Below are positions 50,441 to 60,350 of a stretch of 64,000 nt of DNA, piece by piece. This stretch comes from Chthonomonas sp. UBA2387. Its GTDB lineage: Bacteria > Armatimonadota > Fimbriimonadia > Fimbriimonadales > Fimbriimonadaceae. Below the pieces are notes generated by a model. It was given only the letters and a program-made list of their open reading frames with translations. It was not told the origin of the DNA and searched no databases. Numbering within the stretch: the first letter of the stretch is position 1; each line of letters opens with the position of its first letter. Made by a program: the position numbers and the translations under genes. The stretch covers positions 300-64,299 of the forward strand of contig DDSP01000049.1 of NCBI GenBank assembly GCA_002343445.1. The letters are read 5' to 3'.

Positions 50441-50629
50441 GATTCGCCTAATCCAAGTTCCCGCCCGAGCACAAACTCAAAGAGGCGGAGCCTCGCGCCG
50501 TGGCGCGCGTTCGAAGGTCGGGCGAATGTTTGGCCCAGTGTACCGGGAGACAGACCGGCGGGCGCGAGCCCCGTCGGCTGGGGTTCTCCATGGCTCGCAC
50601 CACCAGCGTGCCTCACGGCTCCGAGTCAC

Positions 50630-50681
50630 GCTTCAAGAAATGCAAAGACCCCCCGGGCGGCAGGGCCGCTCGGAGGGTCTT
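50630..50681 (-). terminator. Rho-independent terminator candidate downstream of the Do/HtrA protease gene
   Basis: A long GC-rich hairpin, AAGACCC-CCGGGCGGC/GCCGCTCGG-GGGTCTT, about 16 bp with one mismatch and one G-U pair, and the loop AGG. On the minus strand it is followed by TTTGCATTTCTT. Confidence 0.55.
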
Positions 50682-50693
50682 CGGGGCGTTGGC

Positions 50694-52274
50694 TTACTTC
50701 ATTTCGATGGAGAAGGTCTTGCTGACCTTGGCCCCATCTTCAAAGGCGAGCGCCTTGACCGTGAGGCCGTCGCCCCACTTCTTCTCGCCCATCGCCTTGC
50801 GCAGGTCGTCCACGGAACCGATCTTCGTCCCGTCGATGCTCTCGATCACATCGCCGACCTTCAGACCGTTGGCCTCGGCGATCGAGCCCGACTCGACGAC
50901 CTTGACCACGACGCCCTTGGCATCGGCGGGGATGTTGAACTGCTTGCGCAGGCTGTCGCTCAGGTTCTCGGCGGTGACGCCCAGTCGGGGACGACCCTCG
51001 CGAAGCGGCGGAACGAAGTCGTCGCCACGCTCCGGCGTGTTGAACCTCTCCAAGAACTTGCGCATCTCGTCCGGAGTCCCGAACTGGAACGGCTGACCGT
51101 TGCGCTGCGTCTGCGGGGCTTGAGCCTCGGGCTGGCCAAGCGGTTGGCTCTTGCCGAGCGAGACTTGGAACGTCTTTCGCTGGCCATCGCGAACGACCTC
51201 GATGGGCACCTTGTTGCCCGCCGAGTACTTCAGCATCGCGTTGCGCAGGTCTTGCTCCGCGTTCACGGTCAGGTCGCCGATCCGTACGACGACGTCGCCC
51301 TTGCGGATGCCCGCCTCGTAGGCGGGGCCCTCGTTGGGGACTTCCTCAAGAATCGCGCCGCCGTTCAGCTTCAGCTCTTCCTTCTGGTACGGCTTCAGGC
51401 TCTGCGGGAACACGCCGAGGTAGGCCCGGTCGAGCTTGCCCTTCTCGATGAGGATGTCGGCGATGAGCGCGGCTTGATTCGACGGAATGGCGAAGCCGAT
51501 GCCCGTGCTGCCGCCCCCGAAGTTGGCGACGATGGTCGAGTTGATGCCGATGACTTCGCCTTCGATGTTGACCAGCGGTCCACCCGAGTTGCCCTGATTG
51601 ATGGGCGCGTCGGTCTGGATCAGGTCGGAGTAGCCTCGCTGATCGCGCATCGTGGGGTCGCCGGCAACGCTGTTGCGGCCGAGGGCGCTGACGTGGCCCA
51701 CGGTCACCGAGTGCTCCAAGCCGAACGGCGAACCGACGGCGATGGCGAACTGGCCGACGCGGACGGCGCTGCTGTTGGCGAACTTGGCGGCCGGAAGGTT
51801 GGTGGCGTCCACCTTGATCACGGCGATGTCGGCTTGGCGGTCGTTCGAGCCGATCACCTTGCCCTTGTACTGCTTGCCGTTGGTGAGCGTCACCGTGACT
51901 TCCTTCTGCCCCGAGACGACGTGGTCGTTCGTGAGGATGTACCCGTCGGCGCGGTAGATGACGCCGGAGCCTTCGGGAGCGGCTCGCATGAACCGTCCGC
52001 TCGACTCGTCGCGGCTGATCCCGCCATCGGCGCGGATGTGGACGACCGAGGGGTTGACGGTGTCCGCGATGCTGGCGAACGACTCGTCGAGCTCGCGGAG
52101 AAGGCTGATGTTCTCCTTGGTCAGCTCGCGGGCCGGCATGGTCACCACTGGGCCGGAGCTGAAGTTGAGCGCCGGCCGTCCCGAATCGGTGCGCAGGGCG
52201 GCCGCAATGGAAAGAGCGCCGACGGCGATGCCTGCGGCGATCCAAACGGCTGGCTTCGTGAATACGGATTTCAT
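50694..52274 (-). CDS. Do/DegP/HtrA-family periplasmic serine protease with two PDZ domains
   Basis: A signal/TM segment is followed by ILTNDHVV, DIAVIKV and GNSGGPLVNIEGEVIGIN (the catalytic triad contexts), then two PDZ-like regions. Confidence 0.9.
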   Translation of the reverse strand: MKSVFTKPAVWIAAGIAVGALSIAAALRTDSGRPALNFSSGPVVTMPARELTKENISLLRELDESFASIADTVNPSVVHIRADGGISRDESSGRFMRAAPEGSGVIYRADGYILTNDHVVSGQKEVTVTLTNGKQYKGKVIGSNDRQADIAVIKVDATNLPAAKFANSSAVRVGQFAIAVGSPFGLEHSVTVGHVSALGRNSVAGDPTMRDQRGYSDLIQTDAPINQGNSGGPLVNIEGEVIGINSTIVANFGGGSTGIGFAIPSNQAALIADILIEKGKLDRAYLGVFPQSLKPYQKEELKLNGGAILEEVPNEGPAYEAGIRKGDVVVRIGDLTVNAEQDLRNAMLKYSAGNKVPIEVVRDGQRKTFQVSLGKSQPLGQPEAQAPQTQRNGQPFQFGTPDEMRKFLERFNTPERGDDFVPPLREGRPRLGVTAENLSDSLRKQFNIPADAKGVVVKVVESGSIAEANGLKVGDVIESIDGTKIGSVDDLRKAMGEKKWGDGLTVKALAFEDGAKVSKTFSIEMK

Positions 52275-52310
52275 GGCTGTCTTCTTTCGAGCTTGCGCTT
52301 GAAGCGGCGG

Positions 52311-53423
52311 TTAGTGGCCGCCACCGGTGAGATCGAACTGGATCGTCACTTCGATTGGACGAATGACGGGGCCGTTCGGCAACACTCCGGCGGCCTTGGC
52401 TGCCGCGTATGCATTAGCCAACGCCGTTGGTTCGATTTTCGGTTCCCGATGGAGGAAAGAGTCCCAGGCCTTGGCCGAGAACGCCTGCAACAGCCGCTCC
52501 TTGGCCGCCGTGGGAACGTCGCCGATCACGCGAACCATCATGCCGTCCACCTGTCGCTCGAGCGAGCCCGGCGTGTTGAGCACGTTGACCCGCTCCTTGG
52601 GGTCCCACAGGTAGATGGTGCCCGTGGTCAGGCCATCGGTGATGCGCAACGCGACCAGGTTCTGGCCTTTCTCGCGGATGATGTCCACGCCCTCGATCTG
52701 GAATCCCAGCGCCAGCCGCGAAGGGATATGGGGCTGGAAGTCCACCTTGTTCCCGACTTGCGCGGCCGTGGTGCGCATCGGCACGCCGACCGGCTCCGGC
52801 TTGATGCTCTCGGGAAGAGCGCGGAAGGCGACACGGGAGACCTCTTCGGGATACTCCACGCTGCGCGTGTCCATGACGCGGGCCACTTGCCCGGCCCGGT
52901 CGACCGTCTCGATGCGCAGGATGACCGGCGTTTCGCGGTCGATGAAATAGTGGCGCGTGGGCAGTTCGCGGTTCTTGGGTTTGGCGACCACGAGGCGGAT
53001 GCGGCGGCCGGCCACGGTCTGGTCGGTGCGTTCTTCGACAAAGGCGTAATTGCGTTGAGCGATCGCCAACCGGTAATCGGTGTCCGGTTGGTGGGCGCGC
53101 GGCGATTCCTGATGCCACACCTTCTTCTGGTCGGGGCAATAGCTCTTGAGCACCTTGCCGTCGTCCATCGTCTTCAAGCCCTGCATGCTCAAGGGCTGGA
53201 CGACCGTGGTGAGCACCTCGCCCGAGCGGGCTTGCAGAACGCTCACCGAGAGCGTCCCGTTCTCGTACGTGTCGGACGTGTAGACGACGATCTTGCGCGC
53301 GTTGACGCGGTAGGTGGCGTCGAGGGCGCGCCGCAACAGGTTCAGAGCGTCGTCGCCAGCGGCAGCGACGGCGGTGAGGCCCACGGACAGGCCAAGGCAC
53401 GCGATTCGAAACCAGGTCTTCAT
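52311..53423 (-). CDS. Periplasmic MucB/RseB-like (LolA-fold) protein of the ECF sigma operon
   Basis: This is the real gene inside the composite 437-aa ORF. It starts MKTWFRIACLGLSVGLTAVAAAG (signal peptide). It sits between the anti-sigma and htrA genes. The assignment rests mainly on operon position and size. Confidence 0.45.
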   Translation of the reverse strand: MKTWFRIACLGLSVGLTAVAAAGDDALNLLRRALDATYRVNARKIVVYTSDTYENGTLSVSVLQARSGEVLTTVVQPLSMQGLKTMDDGKVLKSYCPDQKKVWHQESPRAHQPDTDYRLAIAQRNYAFVEERTDQTVAGRRIRLVVAKPKNRELPTRHYFIDRETPVILRIETVDRAGQVARVMDTRSVEYPEEVSRVAFRALPESIKPEPVGVPMRTTAAQVGNKVDFQPHIPSRLALGFQIEGVDIIREKGQNLVALRITDGLTTGTIYLWDPKERVNVLNTPGSLERQVDGMMVRVIGDVPTAAKERLLQAFSAKAWDSFLHREPKIEPTALANAYAAAKAAGVLPNGPVIRPIEVTIQFDLTGGGH

Positions 53424-53428
53424 AGCGG

Positions 53429-53875
53429 TCAGCGGCTCACAGGAACGACCATCGGCGCTCCGGCAAACGGATCGCCGCCCACAGCGTAGGCGCGATCTTG
53501 CCGCAGGTCGATCGTCGGCTCGATCCGGTCCACGGTCTGCATGGGATCGGCGGTCGTTCGATAGACCGTGGCGATGGCGTAGCCGGCTGCGATCGCGGCG
53601 ACTCCGCCGGCAAGGACGGTCCACCGGACTTGCAGTCTGGGGTGAACCACGTGATCGCTCGCCCGAACCGAGGCCATGATCTTCTCGGCCATGAACTCGG
53701 AAGGCTCGGGAGGCGGCATTTCGGAGAGCAGCCGCTTGAGTCGGGCCATCTCTTCGAGTTCGTGGCCGCAGTTGCGGCAGGAGTATGCGTGCGATCGGAC
53801 TTCCATCATTTCCACCCCGGTGAGTTCCTCGTCCACATAGGCGGACATCATCGTTCGGATCTTGCGGCAGCTCAC
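53429..53875 (-). CDS. Anti-sigma factor, zf-HC2 type with single TM
   Basis: CRKIRTMMSAYVDEELTGVEMMEVRSHAYSCRNCGHE is the H-x3-C-x2-C zinc motif. A central TM follows (WTVLAGGVAAIAAGYAIA). It has a 4-nt overlap with the sigma gene. Confidence 0.8.
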   Translation of the reverse strand: MSCRKIRTMMSAYVDEELTGVEMMEVRSHAYSCRNCGHELEEMARLKRLLSEMPPPEPSEFMAEKIMASVRASDHVVHPRLQVRWTVLAGGVAAIAAGYAIATVYRTTADPMQTVDRIEPTIDLRQDRAYAVGGDPFAGAPMVVPVSR

Positions 53876-54531
53876 GACATCATCTCCGCGTACTTGTTGG
53901 GGTTCTTCTTCACGAGGTACTCGCGCAAGCGCTGGCGGCCACGATGGATGCGGGATCGAACGGTGCCGATGGACGTCTGCATGATCTCGGAGATTTCTTC
54001 GTAAGCGAGCCCCTCGACGTCGGCAAGGAGCACGGCCAATCGGAACTCCACGGGCAGAGAAAGCAATCCGGCCTGGACCGTGTCGTCCAGCGCGTTGCGC
54101 ATCAGTGCGTATTCCGGCGACGCCTCGGGGTCGGCGAAATCGAACCCGGCGGGCGCCTCGTGGGTGCTTTGGCTGAAGCTGAGCATGCGGAGTCGGTTCT
54201 TCTTACGCACGCTGTCGATGTACGCGTTCGTCATGATTCGGTACAGCCAGCTCGCGAACGGCAGAGAGCGGTCGTAGCGGTCGAAAAACCGATACGCGCG
54301 CACATAGGCCTCCTGAAGGAGGTCTTCGGCCTCGCTGCAGTTGCCGGTCATGCGGCAAGCGAGCCCGAAAGCCTGCTTGTGCGACTCCTTGAAGAGCTTC
54401 TCGAACAGGGCGATGTCCCTCTCCGAGATTGCGGTTTTCTGTCTGACGATGGCTCCGATCATGGTTGCCAATTCCACCCGGTCCCCGGTTCCTATGGATT
54501 CCGTACCAGTGTTACGCGAATGCGCTGACAT
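53872..54531 (-). CDS. ECF-family RNA polymerase sigma-70 factor (RpoE-like)
   Basis: Region 2 (EDLLQEAYVRAYRFFDRY....FASWLYRIMTNAYID) and region 4 (LAYEEISEIMQTSIGTVRSRIHRGRQRL) are present. The start could instead be the downstream ATG at complement 54460-54462. Confidence 0.85.
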   Translation of the reverse strand: MSAHSRNTGTESIGTGDRVELATMIGAIVRQKTAISERDIALFEKLFKESHKQAFGLACRMTGNCSEAEDLLQEAYVRAYRFFDRYDRSLPFASWLYRIMTNAYIDSVRKKNRLRMLSFSQSTHEAPAGFDFADPEASPEYALMRNALDDTVQAGLLSLPVEFRLAVLLADVEGLAYEEISEIMQTSIGTVRSRIHRGRQRLREYLVKKNPNKYAEMMS

Positions 54532-54600
54532 TATGTTCCCGGTTCCGTGTTTCTGGGGAAAACGGGTCCATGGGCCCGTCCGACGGGACGGACCAAGCCC

Positions 54601-55146
54601 TCACGATTTACCTTGGAGCCACTCGCCCCACTCATCGCTCGAACCCTTGCCGACCCACTCGGTCTCGATCCCCTTGGCCATGAGGAGTTCGGAGAGCTGA
54701 CCCACGTGGCCTTGCAGATGCCGCAGGTTCATTAGGACGTGGGACAGCTTGCCGAAGTCCCGATACCACCGGTAGCCGGAGTCGCGATCGAAGTCGAGAC
54801 CGTTGATCGTCGGCTCGACGATGCTGGTCAGGTAAGCGACGAAGGCAAGTGTCTCGCCGCGAGTCAGCGGCTCGGCATCCACGGGTAGCTCGTAGGGCTC
54901 CAAATTGGCTGGGTCGGGCCAGAGGTCCTCGTGCTTGCCGGATGGACGATTGGGCCAGGGCTTGTAGGCCGCCTCGTCCTGCACCAGATAGACATGGGTG
55001 AAAAACGCGGCGTGGAACGCGATCCGCCACATTTCCCGTTGTGGTGCTCCCATCAACCAAAGGTCTTCCGGGCACTTCTCGACACAGTCCGCCAGCATGG
55101 CCAATCCGGCCCGGAACTGCTCGACCAATGCTGGGCGGATGTCCAT
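54601..55146 (-). CDS. DinB-family (four-helix bundle) protein
   Basis: MDIRPALVEQFRAGLAMLADCVEKCPEDLW...AFHAAFFTHVYL...NLRHLQGHVGQLSELL has the DinB-like His pattern. The start is set at the ATG at complement 55144-55146. Confidence 0.65.
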   Translation of the reverse strand: MDIRPALVEQFRAGLAMLADCVEKCPEDLWLMGAPQREMWRIAFHAAFFTHVYLVQDEAAYKPWPNRPSGKHEDLWPDPANLEPYELPVDAEPLTRGETLAFVAYLTSIVEPTINGLDFDRDSGYRWYRDFGKLSHVLMNLRHLQGHVGQLSELLMAKGIETEWVGKGSSDEWGEWLQGKS

Positions 55147-55209
55147 TCTGTTGGGGCAATCTTGGGGCGAGGCTCGGCTGGCCCCGCCCCTCACAGGGTT
55201 CGGAGCAGG

Positions 55210-56499
55210 CTAACCCAGCAGCTTCTCGATTTCCTCGCGGAACTTCTTGAACGTCGCCGGGCTATAGCCGATCTTCACCGAGTGAACCGTACCGTCGCGG
55301 CCGATCACGGTCACGTGGGGGATGCCGGTCACACCGTAGGCGTCGAAGTTCGACCGCTCGCCGTACACGACCGGCCACGGCAATTGGTGGTCGGCGATGA
55401 AGTCCTTCATCTTGGCGTACTCGGCGTCCTTCTCCAAGTTCCGCTCGGTCTTGTAATAGCCGTAGTACGTGGTGAACCCGACGATCTCGAGGCCCTTGGG
55501 CTTCAGGTCGGCGTACATCTGCTTCATGTCCGGGAACGAGTTGATGCACGGGCCGCACCAGTGGGCGAAGAAGTCGAGCAGGACGACCTTGCCCTTCAGG
55601 CTCTCCAGCCCTTCGAACTTGCCATAGCCGCGCTCCACGGTCAGGGCCGGGGCTGCCGCGCCCACCATGCTCATGCGCGTCAGACTGCCCTTCGCGCGGC
55701 GATAGGTGGCGTCGGCGGGGTCGGTCTTGGCCACAAAGGCCTCCAGGATCGCCTTGCCTTCGGCACTCCTTCCGGCATCGGACAACAGTTCGGCGCGCCG
55801 TTCGGCGATGGCGAATTCAAGGCTGCCGCGTTGCGTCTTGGCCGTGGCCAAGTATTGGGCCTTCAGCTTCTCGGCGTCGCCGTCGGGAGTCCGCTTGAGC
55901 TGCGCTTCCACCATGCGCTTGGCGAACGCCTCGGGGTCTTCGTACTTCATGTTCCGCTCGGCGCTGGCGAGCATCTTGAGCGCTTCGTCCACCGACATCT
56001 GCTTGGCCACCGTCTCGGTGAACTCGTAGACCACGGAACTCAGGAACTGCTGGCTCGCCATGGGCGTGGGCGGCTCGACCGTCGGCACCATCATCGTAAG
56101 CATGTGACCCTCTTCGAGCGCGTTGCACGAGTTGAGCATCAGCATCTTCGCGTCGAAGGTCTTCTGCGGGTCGGGGTTGGTGGTAAGGAACTTGGCGCAC
56201 AGGTCGCAGGTCTCCTTGTGCTTGCCCGCCATGCTGAACACCTCGGCCCACGCGTAGGCGTCCTTGGCCGGGATGGTGGCGGGGTCCATGCCCGCGATCG
56301 CCGCAAGAGCCTTCTCTTGGATGAGCTTGTTCAGCGCGTCCACGTCGAGCGAACCCGACGCCCGAGCGTCGTTGACGGCCTTGGTGCGGGCCGCTTGGAT
56401 CTCCTTGAGCACCTGTTGCGGGTCGGTTTGGGCCCACGCCGCGCAAGCGACGGTCGCCATCAAGGCCAGAGAAAGCAGAGATCGGGTCCAGTTCTTCAT
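55210..56499 (-). CDS. Secreted TlpA/ResA-like thiol:disulfide oxidoreductase with a large helical N-terminal domain
   Basis: This is the real gene inside the composite 654-aa ORF. It has the signal peptide MKNWTRSLLSLALMATVACAAWA and a C-terminal thioredoxin fold (VVLLDFFAHWCGPCINSFP...GVTGIPHVTVIGRDG). Confidence 0.8.
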   Translation of the reverse strand: MKNWTRSLLSLALMATVACAAWAQTDPQQVLKEIQAARTKAVNDARASGSLDVDALNKLIQEKALAAIAGMDPATIPAKDAYAWAEVFSMAGKHKETCDLCAKFLTTNPDPQKTFDAKMLMLNSCNALEEGHMLTMMVPTVEPPTPMASQQFLSSVVYEFTETVAKQMSVDEALKMLASAERNMKYEDPEAFAKRMVEAQLKRTPDGDAEKLKAQYLATAKTQRGSLEFAIAERRAELLSDAGRSAEGKAILEAFVAKTDPADATYRRAKGSLTRMSMVGAAAPALTVERGYGKFEGLESLKGKVVLLDFFAHWCGPCINSFPDMKQMYADLKPKGLEIVGFTTYYGYYKTERNLEKDAEYAKMKDFIADHQLPWPVVYGERSNFDAYGVTGIPHVTVIGRDGTVHSVKIGYSPATFKKFREEIEKLLG

Positions 56500-56589
56500 G
56501 AAGTCGGCTCCAGAGTTGCGACCATCATAACACGGATCGAAGGTCCGTGGTTCGCCAAGCTGGTCGCAGGGCTCGGGTAACTTCGGCGC

Positions 56590-57348
56590 GTGCCTCCTCC
56601 TCTTTCGATCCAGCTTTACACTCTCCGCAACGAGATGGCCAACGGCAACCATCTCCCCATCCTGCAAAAGCTCGCCGACATCGGTTACAAGGGCGTGGAG
56701 GGCTACGGCTACGGCATGACGCCCGCCGAGTTCCGCAAGGTCGTCGAAGACATGGGCATGGTCGTCTCCTCCTACTTCGGCCCCACGCCGACCCCGGAGA
56801 CCGTCCAGGAGTTCATCGACACCGCTGGCGAACTCGGCACAAACCTGACCGTCTCGGGCTTTTGGATTCCCGAATTCGAGACCGTGGACGCCATCCGCGC
56901 CACCGCGGACCGGCTGAACGCCGTTCTGCCGACGTTGCACGCCGCGGGCCTGACGTTCGCCCTGCACAACCACTGGATGGAGTTCGAGCAGCGCGAAGGC
57001 CGCCTGGCCATCGAGCACCTCCTGGAGTTCTGCCCGGCCCTCGAACTCGAACTGGACGTCTACTGGTGTTCCGCGTTCGGCGCAAACGATCCCGCCGAGA
57101 TGATGGCCCGATTCGCCGACAAGGTCCCGCTGATGCACATGAAGGACGGCCCGTTCGTCAAGGGCGAGCCCCACGTGGCCGTCGGCTCGGGCAAGCTCGA
57201 TGTAGGCGCGGTGATGAAAGCGCGCAATCGAGACGTGCTGAGGTGGGTCGTGGTCGAACTCGACGAGTGCGCCACCGACATGGTCCAGGCCGTCGAAGAC
57301 AGCTACCGCTACTTGGTCGGTAACGGCTACACGGGCGGCAACCGCTGA
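56590..57348 (+). CDS. Sugar phosphate isomerase/epimerase (xylose-isomerase-like TIM barrel)
   Basis: LSIQLYTLRNEM...GYKGVEGYG....ALHNHWMEF...LELDVYW...MHMKD has the family-typical pattern. GTG start. Confidence 0.75.
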   Translation: MPPPLSIQLYTLRNEMANGNHLPILQKLADIGYKGVEGYGYGMTPAEFRKVVEDMGMVVSSYFGPTPTPETVQEFIDTAGELGTNLTVSGFWIPEFETVDAIRATADRLNAVLPTLHAAGLTFALHNHWMEFEQREGRLAIEHLLEFCPALELELDVYWCSAFGANDPAEMMARFADKVPLMHMKDGPFVKGEPHVAVGSGKLDVGAVMKARNRDVLRWVVVELDECATDMVQAVEDSYRYLVGNGYTGGNR

Positions 57349-57381
57349 AGGAATCCGAGCCTCGGGTGCGAACCTGAACGT

Positions 57382-60303
57382 GTGGATCCCCTGATCGCCC
57401 CGCGCGTGTTGCGCGCTGTCTCGGATGCGCCCGCCCTCGAAGCCAAACGCCTGCTCAGGCGTCTGCGATGCCAGTTGGCGTGCGCCGAAGGCTTGGTTCC
57501 TCTGTTGGACGATCGGGGCGAAGGTCGCCGGCTACTGGAAGAAGCCAAGGGCTTGGCGAACGGGTTCGACGGCGGCCTTGGCGAACTGGCCGACCTGGTG
57601 ACCCGCGTGGAGAGGGTGCTGGCCCCGCTCGGCGAGGCGGCGAAGCGCTACACCGTGATTTGCGTAGGGCATGGCCACATCGACATGAACTGGATGTGGT
57701 CGTGGCAGGAGACCGTCTCCGCGACGCACGACACGTTCGCGTCGGTGCTCTCGTTCATGGACCAGGTCCCCGAGTTCACCTACAGCCAGAGCCAGGCCAG
57801 CGTCTACGCCCTGATGGAGCGCTACCACCCCACGATGTTCGAGGCCATCCGGCAACGCGTTCGCGAGGGGCGCTGGGAGATCACTGCCTGCCACTGGGTG
57901 GAAGGCGACAAGAATCTCGCCAGCGGCGAGTCGCTGGCCCACCACATGCTCTACACCCGAAAGTACTTCCAAGAGCGGTTCGGTCTGGGCCCCGAAGACC
58001 TCCCCGTGGACTGGGAGCCCGACACCTTTGGCCATGCCGACAGCATCCCGAACGTGTTGGCGCAGGGCGGCGCGAAGTACTACTACTCGTGCCGCACCGG
58101 AGGCGGGCACGGCCACTTGCGGACGGGCGAGCCTCGCCCCCCTGTGTTCTGGTGGCAGGGGACGGATGGCTCTCGGGTGCTGGTCCACCACGAAACCACT
58201 TGGTACAACAGCGACGTCAACATCGGCGACGACGTCTCGGCCCCGCTGTTCGCGTTCGCCTCGGCCACGGGCCTGAGCACTTGGCTGAACGTGTATGGAG
58301 TGGGCAACCACGGGGGCGGCCCGACGCGCGCCGAAATCGAGCGCTACATCGAGATGCGCGACTGGCCCATCTACCCGAACGTGCGGTTCGGAACCTCCAA
58401 GGAGTACTTCGAAGCGATCGAGGCGCAGATTGCCTCGGGGGTCGAGGTGCCGACGGTCCAAGGCGAACTGAACTACGAGTTCACGGGCTGCTACACGTCG
58501 CAAAGCGCGATCAAGCGGGCCAACCGCTTCGGAGAGAACTTCATGGTCGAAGCGCAAACCCTGACCGCTTTGGCGCACCGAACCAAGGGCGGCCCCCATC
58601 GCGGCGACCTGCTGCGCGAAGGGTGGCTGAACGTGCTCTTCAACCAGTTCCACGACATCCTTCCGGGCTCGGGCATCGCGGCTACGCGGGAGCACGCTAT
58701 GGGCCTCTATCAAGAAACGGCGGCGATCGCGGGCTCGGCCAAGCGCGAAGCGACCAAGACCCTGGCTTCGCGAGTGAACACGGCGCGGCTGTTGCCCGAT
58801 ACGCCCGAGGGTCGCGCAGAACGCGCCGCGATCGTCAACACGCCGTTTGTGGCCGGAGCGGGTATGGGCGCGCGCGAGACGGGCTTTTCGAACGCCTCGG
58901 GCGGAGGCAAGCGCTTCAGGCCGTACGTCGTCTTCAACCCCTGTGCCTGGACGCGGTCCGAGCCCGTGACGGTCCACCTCTACGACACCGACTTCGACCC
59001 GTCGCTGATCGTCGCCCGGGACGAAGAGGGCGTCGAGCATCCCACAATGTTCCTCGGTCGCGAACACGATTGGGGACACGACAAGCTCACCGTGCTCTTC
59101 CTGGCCGCCGACGTGCCGCCGATGGGCTACAAGACCTTCCTGCTGTGCGAAGGGAAGGCCGCTCCTGTCGCCGAACCCGTGGTGCGCCTCGACGACGTCA
59201 CCGTGCAAACGCCTCACTTGCGAGTCCAGTTCAACCGAGCCTACGGGTCGGTGGCCCTGATCGAAACCGCCGAAGGCATGCTCGGCAACGGGGGGTTCAT
59301 GCCCGCGATCGGGCTCGTCGCCCATACCGAAGCGCCACGCGGGATGACGGCATGGGTGTTGGGCGACCGGCTCGGGCCCGACGACGAGCCCATCGCCGAG
59401 AGCTTCCACATCGCGGCGGGACCCCGAAACCAGGGCACCTCGGCTCCCCTGGGCACGCCGCAGGTCGCTGCACTGGCCGAGGCCCGCTTGCGCTTGCCCG
59501 GCGGATCGAGCACGATGCGGACGCGGACGTGGGTCCACGGCTTGGGACGACGGCTGGACGGCGAGATCGAGATGGACTGGCGCGAGATCGGCGACCAAGA
59601 GCGGGGCATTCCCGGCCTGTCGCTGGCGATCCACGCCGACGTCAACGACCTCGACCCCGAGAGCGAGGCCGTCTACGAAACGCCCTACGGCGTGATCGAG
59701 CGGGCCATGCCCGACGACCACGAGTACCCGCAAGACGTCCCCTCGCTCCGGTTCGCCACGTTCCGAGCCGGGCGGCTTTGGGTGACGCTGGTTCAGGATT
59801 CGAAGTACGGCCACCGACGGACGAGCGGCGATCTGCGGCTGCGGCTGATGCGATCGTCGTTCGACCCCGATCACGCGCCCGAGGTCGGCATCTCGAAGGT
59901 CAGCTACTCGGTGTATCTGGACGAACACAAGCCAGACCATGCGGAACTCGTGCGGCGCGGCGCGGGCCACAACCATCCGTTCCTGGTGTTTCCGACCGAT
60001 TTGCGCGAAGGCGACGAGCCAACCACGCGTTCGTTCGTGTCGGTTTCGGGCGAGAGCGTCGTGCTGGCGCACCTGAAGCTGGCCGAGGAAGGCGGGGGAC
60101 TCCTGGTTCGATTGGTGAACTACGGTGATGAGCCCTCGTGCGCCACATTGGAGTTCGACCCCGCGGTGGTCGAAGGGTTGACGCGATTCGTGGCGACCGA
60201 CCTGATGGAGCGACCGACCGGAGACTTCCAGCCGATGTCGGGGAGCGGGCTTCGTGCCACGGTGCCGGGGCGTTCGTTCGTTTCGTTGCGGCTGGAACCC
60301 TAG
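57382..60303 (+). CDS. GH38 alpha-mannosidase
   Basis: CVGHGHIDMNWMWSWQET, YSQSQASVY, CHWVEGDKNL and WEPDTFGHA are the GH38 N-terminal catalytic-domain motifs. 973 aa is the typical size. The exact start (GTG at 57382) is uncertain. Confidence 0.9.
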   Translation: MDPLIAPRVLRAVSDAPALEAKRLLRRLRCQLACAEGLVPLLDDRGEGRRLLEEAKGLANGFDGGLGELADLVTRVERVLAPLGEAAKRYTVICVGHGHIDMNWMWSWQETVSATHDTFASVLSFMDQVPEFTYSQSQASVYALMERYHPTMFEAIRQRVREGRWEITACHWVEGDKNLASGESLAHHMLYTRKYFQERFGLGPEDLPVDWEPDTFGHADSIPNVLAQGGAKYYYSCRTGGGHGHLRTGEPRPPVFWWQGTDGSRVLVHHETTWYNSDVNIGDDVSAPLFAFASATGLSTWLNVYGVGNHGGGPTRAEIERYIEMRDWPIYPNVRFGTSKEYFEAIEAQIASGVEVPTVQGELNYEFTGCYTSQSAIKRANRFGENFMVEAQTLTALAHRTKGGPHRGDLLREGWLNVLFNQFHDILPGSGIAATREHAMGLYQETAAIAGSAKREATKTLASRVNTARLLPDTPEGRAERAAIVNTPFVAGAGMGARETGFSNASGGGKRFRPYVVFNPCAWTRSEPVTVHLYDTDFDPSLIVARDEEGVEHPTMFLGREHDWGHDKLTVLFLAADVPPMGYKTFLLCEGKAAPVAEPVVRLDDVTVQTPHLRVQFNRAYGSVALIETAEGMLGNGGFMPAIGLVAHTEAPRGMTAWVLGDRLGPDDEPIAESFHIAAGPRNQGTSAPLGTPQVAALAEARLRLPGGSSTMRTRTWVHGLGRRLDGEIEMDWREIGDQERGIPGLSLAIHADVNDLDPESEAVYETPYGVIERAMPDDHEYPQDVPSLRFATFRAGRLWVTLVQDSKYGHRRTSGDLRLRLMRSSFDPDHAPEVGISKVSYSVYLDEHKPDHAELVRRGAGHNHPFLVFPTDLREGDEPTTRSFVSVSGESVVLAHLKLAEEGGGLLVRLVNYGDEPSCATLEFDPAVVEGLTRFVATDLMERPTGDFQPMSGSGLRATVPGRSFVSLRLEP

Positions 60304-60350
60304 CGGCCAACAAACGGTTCGAACTGAGGTCGGGACGGTGTGTGACAACC

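Noticed and set aside
54512-54546. ECF-type autoregulatory promoter upstream of the sigma factor gene (minus strand GGAAC ... CGTAA).
   Set aside because: The GGAAC-to-CGT spacing is 18 nt, longer than the usual 16-17 nt. The motif also overlaps the longest-ORF start codon. It would make sense only if the downstream ATG (54462) is the true start, so the support is too weak for a feature call.
57532-60348. Very long antisense ORFs. Examples: 938 aa opposite the GH38 gene, 1016 aa at 50439-53489, 756 aa at 46538-48808, 641 aa at 33807-35732, and 381 aa at 4003-5148.
   Set aside because: Their translations are dominated by Arg, Gly, Pro, Ala, His and Asp runs with no motifs. Each lies exactly opposite a gene with a clear family signature. 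These are typical shadow ORFs of high-GC DNA.
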